DNA of 64,000 bases from a virus, in the IMG/VR virus record IMGVR_UViG_3300021475_000010, positions 6,173 through 70,172 of that record. The stretch is one strand, 5' to 3'. Below, piece by piece: positions 23,250-32,998 of the stretch. The notes under the pieces were generated by a model. The model saw only the letters and a list, made by a program, of their open reading frames with translations, was not told the DNA's origin and searched no databases. The first letter of the stretch is position 1, and each line of letters starts with the position of its first letter. The translations under genes were made by a program, and so were the position numbers.

Positions 23250-24137
23250 ATGGCAACCAGGCGTCCATCAGCACCTCGACGGCGAGCGCGGAGCAGTACC
23301 GGTCAAGGCGACGGCAACGTTACCACTCTCCATGCCGTCCGCGAACGGCCCAAGATCACGGTCAAGGTTGAAGAACTCTCTGACTTCAACGAATCGTTCA
23401 ACTGGTGCATCTACGGTGACAGCGGCGCAGGCAAGACGGTGTTCGGATCGTTCGCTCCAGGCGGCTATATCCTTAGCACTGAGAAGGGCGTCATATCGGC
23501 CAAGCGTGTCGGCTCCAAGGCCAAGCTACTCCGCGCCCCGGATTGGGATCATGTTGAGGTCAGCATCGAGTGGGCCGACAAACACCTCGGGCCCAAGCAT
23601 GTACTCATCGTCGACAGCGTCACGAAGATGCAGGACATGGCCCTCGACTGGTGGCTCGGTATCCAGCACGACGAGAACGCCGCGCGGGACAGGGACATAC
23701 CGCAGATTCAAGACCACCAGAAGTGGCAGCGTATGTTCATGAGGTTCATCAACCACCTCATCGACGCCAAGTACAACACCATCTTCATAGCCACGGCGAT
23801 GCGCAAGGAAGATGAAGAGGGCGACGACCTTGTGCTGCCGAACATCGTCGGCAAGGACTACGCCATCGCTCAGAACTTCTGCGCGGCCATGGACATCGTG
23901 TCCTGCCTCCGCGTCAAGAAGCGTAGCAACATGGACGACCCGCGCGAGTCTCTGCTCATCAACGACACGTTCCCGCCGTACTTCGCGAAGGACAGGTTCA
24001 ATGTCCTGCCCCGGTGGGAGACCATACCAGACGGTGAAGACGAAGAGAATGGAGGGTACGACTCGATAGCAGGCATGATCGAAGACATCATGGCGCTAGC
24101 GCCGGAAGAACGACAGGCAGCAAAGGCAGGAAGGTAA
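23250..24137 (+). CDS. AAA_24 / Sak4-like ATPase (recombinase)
   Basis: IYGDSGAGKT, LIVDSVT, FAKDRF; located between the exonuclease and the SSB-like gene. Confidence 0.85.
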   Translation: MATRRPSAPRRRARSSTGQGDGNVTTLHAVRERPKITVKVEELSDFNESFNWCIYGDSGAGKTVFGSFAPGGYILSTEKGVISAKRVGSKAKLLRAPDWDHVEVSIEWADKHLGPKHVLIVDSVTKMQDMALDWWLGIQHDENAARDRDIPQIQDHQKWQRMFMRFINHLIDAKYNTIFIATAMRKEDEEGDDLVLPNIVGKDYAIAQNFCAAMDIVSCLRVKKRSNMDDPRESLLINDTFPPYFAKDRFNVLPRWETIPDGEDEENGGYDSIAGMIEDIMALAPEERQAAKAGR

Positions 24138-24152
24138 CAGGAGGGACACGAC

Positions 24153-25154
24153 ATGGTACGGATGAAGCTCAGTCGAGACGAGTTCGATGCCAAGGCTCTC
24201 GACGTCAAGGTCGAGAAGTCAACATTCAAGCGGTACAGGGGCGAGATACCTCGCAACGGTACCATCCTCATATTCCGCGTCACGCGGATGTGGTGGACCC
24301 AGTCCAAGCAGGGAGACTCGCAGATATACCTGATGGCGTTCGCCGAGGGCAACAAGGGGGCGCTCAAGCAGTTCAACGGACTCCCCGTCCGCGAGTACCT
24401 CACGTTCATACCGGAGGCCGCGTTCAGGTACCAGAACTTCCTACAGAACTTCGGCCTCACGACCAAGGACATCTTCAACAGGATGGATGTCGAGCCCGAA
24501 CCCGACAGTATCGGCGATGTCATCAACTCGATCGGCCCGTGGGTTGTCGGCAGCGACGATGCCCTCTGCAGGATCGCCCTTGTCCGTGACCGTTACGACC
24601 CGGACGAGCTCAAGGCCAAGGTCGACCGCGACGGCTGGCTGCCTCTCGATGAGGACGACGAGCCAGAAGATGTCGACGACGAAGATGACGAGGATGACGA
24701 CGACGATGAGGATGATGAGCCGCCCGCGCGTCCCGCCCGTCGCAGTCGTACCGCCGCCAAGCCCGCCGCTACCAGGTCACGCCGTCGCTCTGAGCCCGAG
24801 CCGGAGGATGACGACGACGAAGATGACGAAGATGACGAAGATGACGACGAGGATGGAGAGGAGGGCGACATAGATGCCGAAGAAGAAGACCAAGAGGAAG
24901 AAGGGCAAGAAGAAGACGACGACGACGAGCCAGACGAGCCGCCAGCACGTACACGTCGATCCCGTGACACGGGGCGGACTGCCGCCAGGACTCGTCCTGC
25001 CGCAAGTGGACGTCGAGGCGCTGGTACGTCCGGTCGCCGAGATGGTGAACGCACTCGGACGAGCCGTGCGTCAACAGCCCGGACTGATCGCACGGTTGGA
25101 CCCCGAGGTAGTAAGGGACGCGATGGCGGCAGCCGCGAAGACCCGCCGTTCTGA
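24153..25154 (+). CDS. probable SSB-like protein with long acidic/Arg tail
   Basis: Position after the Sak4-like gene; folded N-terminal ~165 aa; ends in EDPPF like an SSB tail. Confidence 0.6.
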   Translation: MVRMKLSRDEFDAKALDVKVEKSTFKRYRGEIPRNGTILIFRVTRMWWTQSKQGDSQIYLMAFAEGNKGALKQFNGLPVREYLTFIPEAAFRYQNFLQNFGLTTKDIFNRMDVEPEPDSIGDVINSIGPWVVGSDDALCRIALVRDRYDPDELKAKVDRDGWLPLDEDDEPEDVDDEDDEDDDDDEDDEPPARPARRSRTAAKPAATRSRRRSEPEPEDDDDEDDEDDEDDDEDGEEGDIDAEEEDQEEEGQEEDDDDEPDEPPARTRRSRDTGRTAARTRPAASGRRGAGTSGRRDGERTRTSRASTARTDRTVGPRGSKGRDGGSREDPPF

Positions 25155-25243
25155 ATCGTCCGAGGACACCTGAGCGTCGAAGCCACGCTGCTTAAGCTCA
25201 GGCTCCAAGTAGCCCAGGAACTGAAACGCAGGAGGGAACAACA

Positions 25244-26044
25244 GTGAAGATCGCGGTTATCGGCTGCGGACCGGCAGGACTAGCGGCGGCTCATGCAGCG
25301 CATGGCCTAGGCGCGGGCGTAGTCATCTACTCGCCAGGCGACAAGTCACCGCAGCGCGGACCGCTAGTGCTACAGCGGCCGATACCCGCGATCTCAACTG
25401 ACCACCCGGACGGCTATATCAAACAGCTCGTCATCGGCGGTAGCATCCTCGACTACCGATACAAGCTGTACGGCGACATCAACATCAGCATCCAGGGCAA
25501 CATCCTGCAGGAGGGCTACCACTGCTGGGAGTTCATCAAGACGTATAACAGGCTATGGGAACTGTACATGACGCCGGGCGAGGGCCGGGCTGTCCAGGTC
25601 CTGACGATGATCGGGGCAGAAGACCTCAGCCATATGGTGCATGAGTTCGACCTCGTCATCAACACGGCCCCGCTCAACAAGATCTGCTACCAAGGCCATA
25701 CCTTCCGGTCCAAGGTGGTCGAGATCACGATGGAGCACTCGTATCCGAACCAGCCCGAAGACACAACGATCTTCAACGCCGGCAACTACTACCCGTGGGT
25801 GCGGTCGGCGTGGCTGCTAGGCAACGAGTGCACCGAATGGCTCCCCGGTACAGTACCTGAGGGCCTAGAGTCAATCACGATACGCAAGCCCCTCGGTCAC
25901 AACTGCGACTGCTACCCGGACGTTCTGCTCACCGGACGGTTCGGCGCATGGAAGAACGAAACGTGGGTGGACACCGCGTACTACGACACGCGTGACGCAC
26001 TGATCTCAGTTCTGCGGAAGAGCGGCTGGGACAGGGTCAAGTGA
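25244..26044 (+). CDS. FAD/NAD-binding oxidoreductase-like protein
   Basis: IAVIGCGPAGLAAA Rossmann motif, DLVINTAPL, LTGRFGAW. Confidence 0.85.
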   Translation: MKIAVIGCGPAGLAAAHAAHGLGAGVVIYSPGDKSPQRGPLVLQRPIPAISTDHPDGYIKQLVIGGSILDYRYKLYGDINISIQGNILQEGYHCWEFIKTYNRLWELYMTPGEGRAVQVLTMIGAEDLSHMVHEFDLVINTAPLNKICYQGHTFRSKVVEITMEHSYPNQPEDTTIFNAGNYYPWVRSAWLLGNECTEWLPGTVPEGLESITIRKPLGHNCDCYPDVLLTGRFGAWKNETWVDTAYYDTRDALISVLRKSGWDRVK

Positions 26045-26179
26045 ACAAGGACCTGGAGGATGCCGTACTAGCTATGGCAGACAAGTACGGCGTCCAGGCC
26101 GTCATCGACGCGCTAGAGATGATGGACCAGGATATGCAGGATCGCAAGGCACATCAACCCAAGTAGGCAGGACACGGAA

Positions 26180-27106
26180 ATGGAAAAGCAACTGCTAGCA
26201 TACATGGCGGCTCAGGACATTGAGTTCGGGCCGGATGCCGAGCCAGACGCTCACACCAGGCAGACCTCGCGGAGCATCATCGACTCGACCTGGCACGGCA
26301 CGATCAACCGCAACAGCCGTCGGCTCACGCAGGACATGCGACGTACCGAGTCGCCCAGCAACACCGGGCTTGTCCAGGTAGGCACCGACGGTATCGAGAT
26401 CATCCTGGCCGTCGACTTCGACGACGACAAGCTGGAGGCGTTCTCCAGGTGGGCACAGTCGGCGGGTTCTGGAGCGCCCGAGGAACTTCGCATGAGCAAG
26501 GACCCGGCTGAGTTCCTTGAAGGCGGGCTCGCGATGCAGAGCCTTGAGGACATCCGGTTCGCGTTCGCAGTGCGCGGAGTCTCGCGAGCCGTCACCCACA
26601 TGATCGTCCGTACCCGCGCGGCGGCGTTCAAGCAGCAGTCGCAGCAGGACACCTGGCAGGGTGACTACCCTGAGTTCAGGATGCCGGAGAGCATCTGGGT
26701 CGATCGCAACCTCCGCGCGGAGTGGATCAGGGTACTCATCGAGTGCCACAAGGCGTACAATCTGGCGATCGACGCCGACGTTCAGTACAAGGACGCTCGC
26801 TACATCCTGCCGGAGGGTACGACCACCTTCATCTTCTGCGAGTACAGCCTGCGTACGTTCCTGGAGATGTACGCCTACCGCGCGTGCGTCATGTTCCAGG
26901 AGGAACTGGTCCACGTCACTCGTGAGATGGGCAGGCTCCTGGTCGAGGCTCACCCGTACTTGGAGCCACACGTCAAGATCAGCTGCGAGAAGATCAAGAA
27001 GTGCACGTTCCAGGGCCCAGAGCGCGTCGAGGAAACATGCGAGTTCCCCTGGGCCAGGGAAGACAACCGGGTGTTCCGCCAGGGCAAGAGCGGGTTCGAC
27101 AAGTGA
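26180..27106 (+). CDS. thyX: ThyX-like flavin-dependent thymidylate synthase
   Basis: FAFAVRGVSRAVTHMIVRTR...F.QQS, DARYILP, R(A)C...Q.E. Confidence 0.85.
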   Translation: MEKQLLAYMAAQDIEFGPDAEPDAHTRQTSRSIIDSTWHGTINRNSRRLTQDMRRTESPSNTGLVQVGTDGIEIILAVDFDDDKLEAFSRWAQSAGSGAPEELRMSKDPAEFLEGGLAMQSLEDIRFAFAVRGVSRAVTHMIVRTRAAAFKQQSQQDTWQGDYPEFRMPESIWVDRNLRAEWIRVLIECHKAYNLAIDADVQYKDARYILPEGTTTFIFCEYSLRTFLEMYAYRACVMFQEELVHVTREMGRLLVEAHPYLEPHVKISCEKIKKCTFQGPERVEETCEFPWAREDNRVFRQGKSGFDK

Positions 27107-27660
27107 GCCCCGAGCCGATGTCCGGCCTGCCAGACCTGGACCCCAACGCTCTCAAGGCCCTGGGGTTCGGCAAGCTAGACAAGGAAACCATCCAGCGAAT
27201 ATGCGATCTGCGTAGCGCCACGCGGGGCGACCCTGATGCCTGGCGTCACCCTGACCTGACTGACGTACTCCCTGACCGGGAGGAAGTCAACATGGCCGCG
27301 CCGATGCCGGTCGAGTATGAGGCCGCGCACGAGTTCATGGCCAAGCTGTTCGGCCCAGAGGGCTACACGCCAGACTCGGTAGGCCAGCTAGTCCAGGTGT
27401 TCGTGCCGTGCCTCCGCATCATGGTCGAGCGCGGCTACGAGCCCCATGGACGTCTCTGGCAGAGGGCAGGCGTACTCGGAACCATCTGGGACGTGCGCAA
27501 GAAGTTCGAGAGGTTCTGGTTCCGAACCTGGACACTCGGCGTCCGACACGACGACAGCGGCTTCGACCTGATCAACCACACAGGGTTCACGATGCGCGCC
27601 GACCCTGACAGCAGGTTCGGGGACGCGGGCGAGCCGGCCATGCCGAAGGTCGAGTCGTGA
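27103..27660 (+). CDS. Nmad1/DUF1599-like all-alpha nucleotide-modification-associated protein
   Basis: ERGY...G.LW...G..G....V.KK.ER......DDS.FDLINH pattern. Confidence 0.55.
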   Translation: MSPEPMSGLPDLDPNALKALGFGKLDKETIQRICDLRSATRGDPDAWRHPDLTDVLPDREEVNMAAPMPVEYEAAHEFMAKLFGPEGYTPDSVGQLVQVFVPCLRIMVERGYEPHGRLWQRAGVLGTIWDVRKKFERFWFRTWTLGVRHDDSGFDLINHTGFTMRADPDSRFGDAGEPAMPKVES

Positions 27661-28400
27661 CATTCAACATCGACATGTATCTCGAACTGCTCAAGCGTAC
27701 GCTCACGGGCATGATCTACGAGGACCCGGCCATACCAGTGCGATGGCGACCACTGAACACCTTCAACCTCAGCGAACGCCTTAGAGGCAGGGACTGGCCG
27801 CTCAACGCTCACACCATGATCGGATACAAGCGACTGGAGAACATCCAGAACTGCATGGAGATGATCATCGCCGACGGCATACCGGGTGACGTCATCGAGA
27901 CGGGAGTCTGGCGCGGAGGCGCTTGCATCTTCATGCGCGGCGTACTAAGCGCACACCACATAACCAATCGTGTCGTCTGGGTCGCTGACTCGTTCGACGG
28001 GTTCCCGCCGTTCGCAAAGCGAGCTGACGACAACGAGCTACTCGCTCAGCCCGAGCAATCGCACCTAGCCGTACCGATGCAGGATGTACGGCACAACTTT
28101 CAGCTATACGGGCTCATGGACAAGCAAGTCAAGTTCATACCAGGCTGGTTCAGCCAGACGCTACCCGGCCCGGTCAAGCGGCTCTCGCTGCTACGGCTCG
28201 ACGGCGACCTGTACGAGTCCACCATGGACGCGCTAACCGCGCTCTACCCTCTGCTTGAGCCGGGCGGCTTCTGCATCATCGATGACTGGAACGTCCCGAT
28301 GTGCAGGAAGGCCGTCTGGGACTACCTGAAGCTGCACGTGATCGACGTTCAGTTCACCGACATCGACGGGCACAGCATATACTGGAGGAAGGATGCCTGA
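27657..28400 (+). CDS. TylF/MycF/NovP-family O-methyltransferase
   Basis: DWP..AHTMIG..RL.N, PGDVIETGVWRGG, ADSF.G, GWF..TLP, LRLDGDLYEST, IIDD. Confidence 0.95.
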   Translation: MTFNIDMYLELLKRTLTGMIYEDPAIPVRWRPLNTFNLSERLRGRDWPLNAHTMIGYKRLENIQNCMEMIIADGIPGDVIETGVWRGGACIFMRGVLSAHHITNRVVWVADSFDGFPPFAKRADDNELLAQPEQSHLAVPMQDVRHNFQLYGLMDKQVKFIPGWFSQTLPGPVKRLSLLRLDGDLYESTMDALTALYPLLEPGGFCIIDDWNVPMCRKAVWDYLKLHVIDVQFTDIDGHSIYWRKDA

Positions 28401-28680
28401 GGTAACTCCAGAAGCAATACGACGCTCGTCAGAGAGCGAGCTACAAGCCCTGGCCGCCGAGCTGAATGCTCTACGCGACGAGAATGACTCTCTGCGGCAG
28501 GAGTCCCAAGAGCTGAGGGCAGAAAAGAAAGAGCATGAGGACTTCATCGAAGAGATAAGCAGCCTGATGCCTCCGTCATATGACGCGGACGAGGCCGTGG
28601 AGGCAATCATCCTCGGCTTCGTCAAGGACATGTCCGAGGTCGGCCGTATCGTCGCCAAGCTAACGGCCGACTACAGATGA
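28393..28680 (+). CDS. coiled-coil hypothetical protein
   Basis: GGAGG RBS; heptad pattern. Confidence 0.65.
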   Translation: MPEVTPEAIRRSSESELQALAAELNALRDENDSLRQESQELRAEKKEHEDFIEEISSLMPPSYDADEAVEAIILGFVKDMSEVGRIVAKLTADYR

Positions 28681-28934
28681 GCCGCCGACTGGTTGGTTTC
28701 ATATCAGCGTACTGGAAGCGCCCCGATCCTGCCCGGCTGGCGCTGACCGTATTGATCGTGGCGCTCCTAGTGATCGCGATCAGTACATGGTACGTGGTCC
28801 GGTACGGCACCCCCGCTCCAAACACCGTACCGAGGGGAACCAACCAGTCGGCCTGTCCTAGCCCACCGCCAGGCTTCTCGCCTTGCGATCCAACTCCTAC
28901 CAACACGGGTTTCCAGACAGGAGACGTAGGATGA
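28677..28934 (+). CDS. small membrane protein
   Basis: One TM helix and a Pro-rich tail; ATGA coupling. Confidence 0.6.
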   Translation: MSRRLVGFISAYWKRPDPARLALTVLIVALLVIAISTWYVVRYGTPAPNTVPRGTNQSACPSPPPGFSPCDPTPTNTGFQTGDVG

Positions 28935-29089
28935 TCTTCATCGTAGTAGCACTATTCATAACAACGTACCTGTTCATGCGTCCGGTCTTCGGGCGCAAGC
29001 TCACCCGCAAGGAAACATCAGTACTGTTCGTCATCTACCTATCCGTCGGACTGATCGTCCGCACGATCCTCTTCATGTTCGGGATGTGA
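28931..29089 (+). CDS. small membrane protein
   Basis: Two hydrophobic segments; AGGAG RBS. Confidence 0.55.
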   Translation: MIFIVVALFITTYLFMRPVFGRKLTRKETSVLFVIYLSVGLIVRTILFMFGM

Positions 29090-29090
29090 C

Positions 29091-29318
29091 ATGGACTTCA
29101 TCATCAGCATGTGGCGTAGCACCTGGCTCAAGGTTTTGATCTACGTCGTCATCGGCATCGGCGTCAACACCGCCGCTCCGCACTACCCGCAGTTCGGGCA
29201 GAACTTCGGCCCTGGTGTTCTGCTCCACTCGCTCGTACAGTATATTATCTCGGTCATGCTCTGGCCGCTCAGCCTCTGGAGCCCGACCTTTACTGTCGGG
29301 AAGTGGACGGGGCTCTAG
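29091..29318 (+). CDS. small membrane protein
   Basis: Two hydrophobic segments, ...LWPLSLW. Confidence 0.6.
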   Translation: MDFIISMWRSTWLKVLIYVVIGIGVNTAAPHYPQFGQNFGPGVLLHSLVQYIISVMLWPLSLWSPTFTVGKWTGL

Positions 29319-29479
29319 ATGCAACGCGCTAGGATCGCCTCTAAGGCTCCGAACGGGCCGACCCTAGCCGCGCTACTCCCTAGCGCTAGAAAACGCCGCT
29401 ATCGCGCCCCGGTAGCTTTGTAGAGGCTATCGGGCGCGCGGTAGAGTCGAGCTAGGACCGATCGAGGCAGGCCGGGACA

Positions 29480-32400
29480 ATGCCAAAGGCAGTAAGTCTA
29501 CACCACCATACGACGTACAGTTTCCTGGACGGGCACGGTACGCCGGAGCAACACCTGCAGCGAGCAGCCGACCTCGGCTACACGCACCTCGCGTTTACCG
29601 AGCACGGCAATACTTCGTCACACTTCCGCGCGGAGAAAGCCGCCAAGAAGATTGGGGCCGTCACACCCATCTTCGGTATCGAGGGCTACACTGCGCCCGA
29701 CGACGAGATGGATCGGCAGACCAAGTACCACCTCACTATGCTGGCGATGAACCAGCGCGGGTATCGCAACCTGAACCTCTCTGTCACGCGGAGCTTCAAG
29801 CAGCACAAGTGGCACCCGACGATAACAGGCTCGGACCTGGTAGAGTTCAATGACGGGCTCATCGTCCTGTCCGGTTGCTCCGGTAGCCGCCTCGCGTGCG
29901 AGATGATCGGCGGCAAGGGTATCCCCGCGCCAGAGACTACGAAACAAAAATGGGCAGCGTTTGAGAAATGCGAAGGCATCGCGACCAGGTTCGCTAAGTC
30001 GTTCAACGACGGCCGGTTCTACATCGAGGTACAGGCGTTCCCAGAGCTAGAGTCGACGCGCAAGATCAACACGGCGTACGCGAAGCTGAGCAAGGTTACC
30101 GGCATACCGCTCGCAATGACTCTCGACTGCCACTACGTACTCCCGACCGATAACGAGATGCAGGTTATCCTGCACGCCTGCGGTCCGCAAGGCCGAGGCA
30201 TGGCTACCGCCGATGAGATGCTGCGACGCTGGAACTACGACGTACTGCTCACGCTGCCGACATCTGATAAGATAATCGTCAAGAAGCTAATCGACACCGG
30301 CATTCCGCGTGAACAGGCATGGGAAGCCGTCATGAACACGGCCGACATCGCCGCTCGCTGTAACGTTACACTGCCCAAGGCTGAGCGACTCCAGTACCCC
30401 TGCCCGGACGGATGGACAGCTGAGGAGCTGATCTGGGAATGGCTGCGCGAAGGGTGGCGCTACCGCAACATCGGTAACCGCTCGCGTAAGGACCAGGACT
30501 GGTTCGCTGAGCGAGTCCAGTACGAGATGAAGCATATCACTGAGAAAGACTTCATCGACTTCTTCCTGGCCACCGCGGACGTGATCCGCTGGTGTAAGCA
30601 CGACGGTAACGGCGTCCCCATTCCGGTCGGACCCGGCCGAGGTAGCGCGGCCGCATCCGTTGTATGCTGGCTGCTGGAGATTACCGAGATTGACCCGGCC
30701 CGGTATCCGGGCATGATCTTCGAGCGGTTCATCGACACGACGCGAGTCGACCCGCCCGACATTGACCTGGACTTCGCCGACGACCGCCGTCATGAAGTGC
30801 GCGAGTACCTGGAGAGGAAATATGGTGTTGACTGTGTGGGCACTATTGCTAACTTCATCCGCTATCGAGGCAAGAACGCTCTGGTCGATGTCGCTAGGGT
30901 GCATAGCGTACCAAAGGCTGCCAAGGATGTCGTCTCCAACCTCATCATCGAGAGGTCTGGTGGTGATTCACGGTTCGATGCTTCCCTGGCGGATACGGCC
31001 GAGATGTTCCCTAACGCTAAGGCAATCTTCGATGCCTTCCCTGCGCTGTGGCTGGCTACAAGACTCGAAGGCGGCGTGCGCGGAATGTCCGTTCATGCGG
31101 CCGGACTGGTTGTCGCCAACTCGCCGCTCACAGATGTATGCGCCGTATATGAACGGGACGGACGACGAGTCCTAAGCATTGACAAGTATGACGCCGAGTA
31201 CGCGGGCATGCTCAAGATGGACTTCCTTGGGCTGACTACCATGGGCATGATCGCCCGGTGCCTGGAGCTGACCGGCCTGACGCTGAAGGACCTCTATGCG
31301 ATTCCAGATGACGATCCAGATACGCTCCGTGTATTTCAGCTCAATGATGTGGTCGGGATATTTCAGTTTGCGGGTCGCGCTACGAGGATTGTCTGTCGGG
31401 ACGTACATCCAGACAACTTCGATGAAGTGGCTGCTGTCAATGCGCTATCACGACCAGGACCGCTGTTTTCGGGTACGACTGCGACGTATTGCGATGTCAA
31501 GCATAAGCGGGAAAAGGCTGTACGTTACCATCCCCTGGTTGACGAGATCACATCAAATACCTTCGGCCAGATCATATACCAGGAACAAATCCTGAAGATA
31601 CTTCAGGTGATAGGCGGCTTCGAGTGGACGGACCTCAATGAGATTCGGCGCATCATTGCGAAGAAGATTGGCCAGGCTGCGTTCCAAGTCTCAATGCAGA
31701 ACTTCATCGACGGCGCAAAGAGACTGCATGGCATGGACGCTAAAACTGCTGAGGAAGTATGGAAGCATCTAGTCACGTCGGGGACATACGCATTTAACAT
31801 TGCCCACGCCGTCAGCTACTCAGTCGTGGCATGGTGGTGTGCCTACCTCAAGACGCACTACCCTGTCGAGTTCTACGCCTCGTCTCTCTCCAAGGCCGAG
31901 CCCGGCAAGGAAACTGAGTTCAAGCTGATGCGCGACGCAGTGGCCCATGGCGTCCCAGTCCGCGCGCCGAACTGGAACAGCGGCCCAACCTGGCAGCCTG
32001 CCCAGGGCAAGAACGGACCCTACCTTACCGCTGGCCTAACCGTAGTGCCCGGTATCGCAGACAAGACCGCGGCCTCCATCCTCAACGCGCGGAAGGAACA
32101 GCCCTTCACCGGATGGGCCGACATGATCCGCGCGCACGGCGTCGGGCCCAAGACTGTCGAGTCGATGAAGCAGTTCGCGGATGACGATGACCCGTTCGGG
32201 CTAGAGCGAGCGCGGAGGATCATTGATAAGGTCACTGCCGCTATAATCGAGAAAGAACTGAAGGCTCCGATCCCAACTCACAACGGCGACGACGTATCGA
32301 AGATCATACCGCCGAAGTGGATGACGCATAACAAGGGCGAGACGGTCGTATATGTCGGTATCGTCAAGGGCCGGTACTATCAGGACATCGTAGAGAACAT

Positions 32401-32665
32401 CCATTCGAGGACAGGCAAGGACGTTGATGAGATTCTAGAAACGCTCAAGGACAAGAACCTGCGCAAGTATTGCACGCTCCAGTGCTACGACGATAGCATC
32501 GAGGAAGTCTACGGCCGTATCACTCGGTACGCATTCCCCAAGCTGAGGTCGCTACTGGAGCTAATCGAGGTCGGTCATGATGTCGTGGTCATGCGTGGCC
32601 GCAAGACTCCATTCTTCGGCAATAGTATCGCGATAGATGATCTGTGGGTAGTCGACCCGGACTAG
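29480..32665 (+). CDS. dnaE: DNA polymerase III alpha subunit (DnaE-like)
   Basis: PHP motifs HHHTTYSFLDG and TEHG; GPGRGSAA, FERFI, PDIDLDF, SVHAAG, KMDFLGL, YQEQ, YAFNIAHA. Confidence 0.97.
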   Translation: MPKAVSLHHHTTYSFLDGHGTPEQHLQRAADLGYTHLAFTEHGNTSSHFRAEKAAKKIGAVTPIFGIEGYTAPDDEMDRQTKYHLTMLAMNQRGYRNLNLSVTRSFKQHKWHPTITGSDLVEFNDGLIVLSGCSGSRLACEMIGGKGIPAPETTKQKWAAFEKCEGIATRFAKSFNDGRFYIEVQAFPELESTRKINTAYAKLSKVTGIPLAMTLDCHYVLPTDNEMQVILHACGPQGRGMATADEMLRRWNYDVLLTLPTSDKIIVKKLIDTGIPREQAWEAVMNTADIAARCNVTLPKAERLQYPCPDGWTAEELIWEWLREGWRYRNIGNRSRKDQDWFAERVQYEMKHITEKDFIDFFLATADVIRWCKHDGNGVPIPVGPGRGSAAASVVCWLLEITEIDPARYPGMIFERFIDTTRVDPPDIDLDFADDRRHEVREYLERKYGVDCVGTIANFIRYRGKNALVDVARVHSVPKAAKDVVSNLIIERSGGDSRFDASLADTAEMFPNAKAIFDAFPALWLATRLEGGVRGMSVHAAGLVVANSPLTDVCAVYERDGRRVLSIDKYDAEYAGMLKMDFLGLTTMGMIARCLELTGLTLKDLYAIPDDDPDTLRVFQLNDVVGIFQFAGRATRIVCRDVHPDNFDEVAAVNALSRPGPLFSGTTATYCDVKHKREKAVRYHPLVDEITSNTFGQIIYQEQILKILQVIGGFEWTDLNEIRRIIAKKIGQAAFQVSMQNFIDGAKRLHGMDAKTAEEVWKHLVTSGTYAFNIAHAVSYSVVAWWCAYLKTHYPVEFYASSLSKAEPGKETEFKLMRDAVAHGVPVRAPNWNSGPTWQPAQGKNGPYLTAGLTVVPGIADKTAASILNARKEQPFTGWADMIRAHGVGPKTVESMKQFADDDDPFGLERARRIIDKVTAAIIEKELKAPIPTHNGDDVSKIIPPKWMTHNKGETVVYVGIVKGRYYQDIVENIHSRTGKDVDEILETLKDKNLRKYCTLQCYDDSIEEVYGRITRYAFPKLRSLLELIEVGHDVVVMRGRKTPFFGNSIAIDDLWVVDPD

Positions 32666-32680
32666 CTCTCAGCTCGCGAT

Positions 32681-32709
32681 TCGACTTTCGGCCGTTCGTA
32701 CGGTAGACT
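32681..32709 (+). promoter_or_regulatory. putative promoter TCGACT-N17-TAGACT
   Basis: Matches the promoter family. Confidence 0.8.
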
Positions 32710-32752
32710 TAACGGGTAGGGCGGGAGCGCGCCCGGTGCAGGAAGGCAGAGG

Positions 32753-32998
32753 ATGGAATGCCCCAGATGTCATTCCGCAAATACCAGAGTTACCGACTCC
32801 AGACCAAGAGCCGGAACAATTCGGAGACGCCGTGAATGCAATGAATGCAGCTTCAGGTTCTCCACTGAGGAAATCGTAATCAATTCGAGGACACGGGCAG
32901 GCAATGGGAACAGTAACTCCGATCGTAACAGAACTCGCGCGCCAGCAGTGGCTCGCAAAGTACCCCGCGCGCTTTACAGCGTGCCGACAGGGCCATAA
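32753..32998 (+). CDS. NrdR-like N-terminal zinc ribbon, no ATP cone
   Basis: MECPRC....TRVTDSR.....IRRRREC..C..RFST.E. Confidence 0.85.
   Translation: MECPRCHSANTRVTDSRPRAGTIRRRRECNECSFRFSTEEIVINSRTRAGNGNSNSDRNRTRAPAVARKVPRALYSVPTGP

Noticed and set aside
29480-32665. Intein or intron in DnaE (also checked in TerL)
   Set aside because: Normal length, continuous motifs and no intein boundary signatures.
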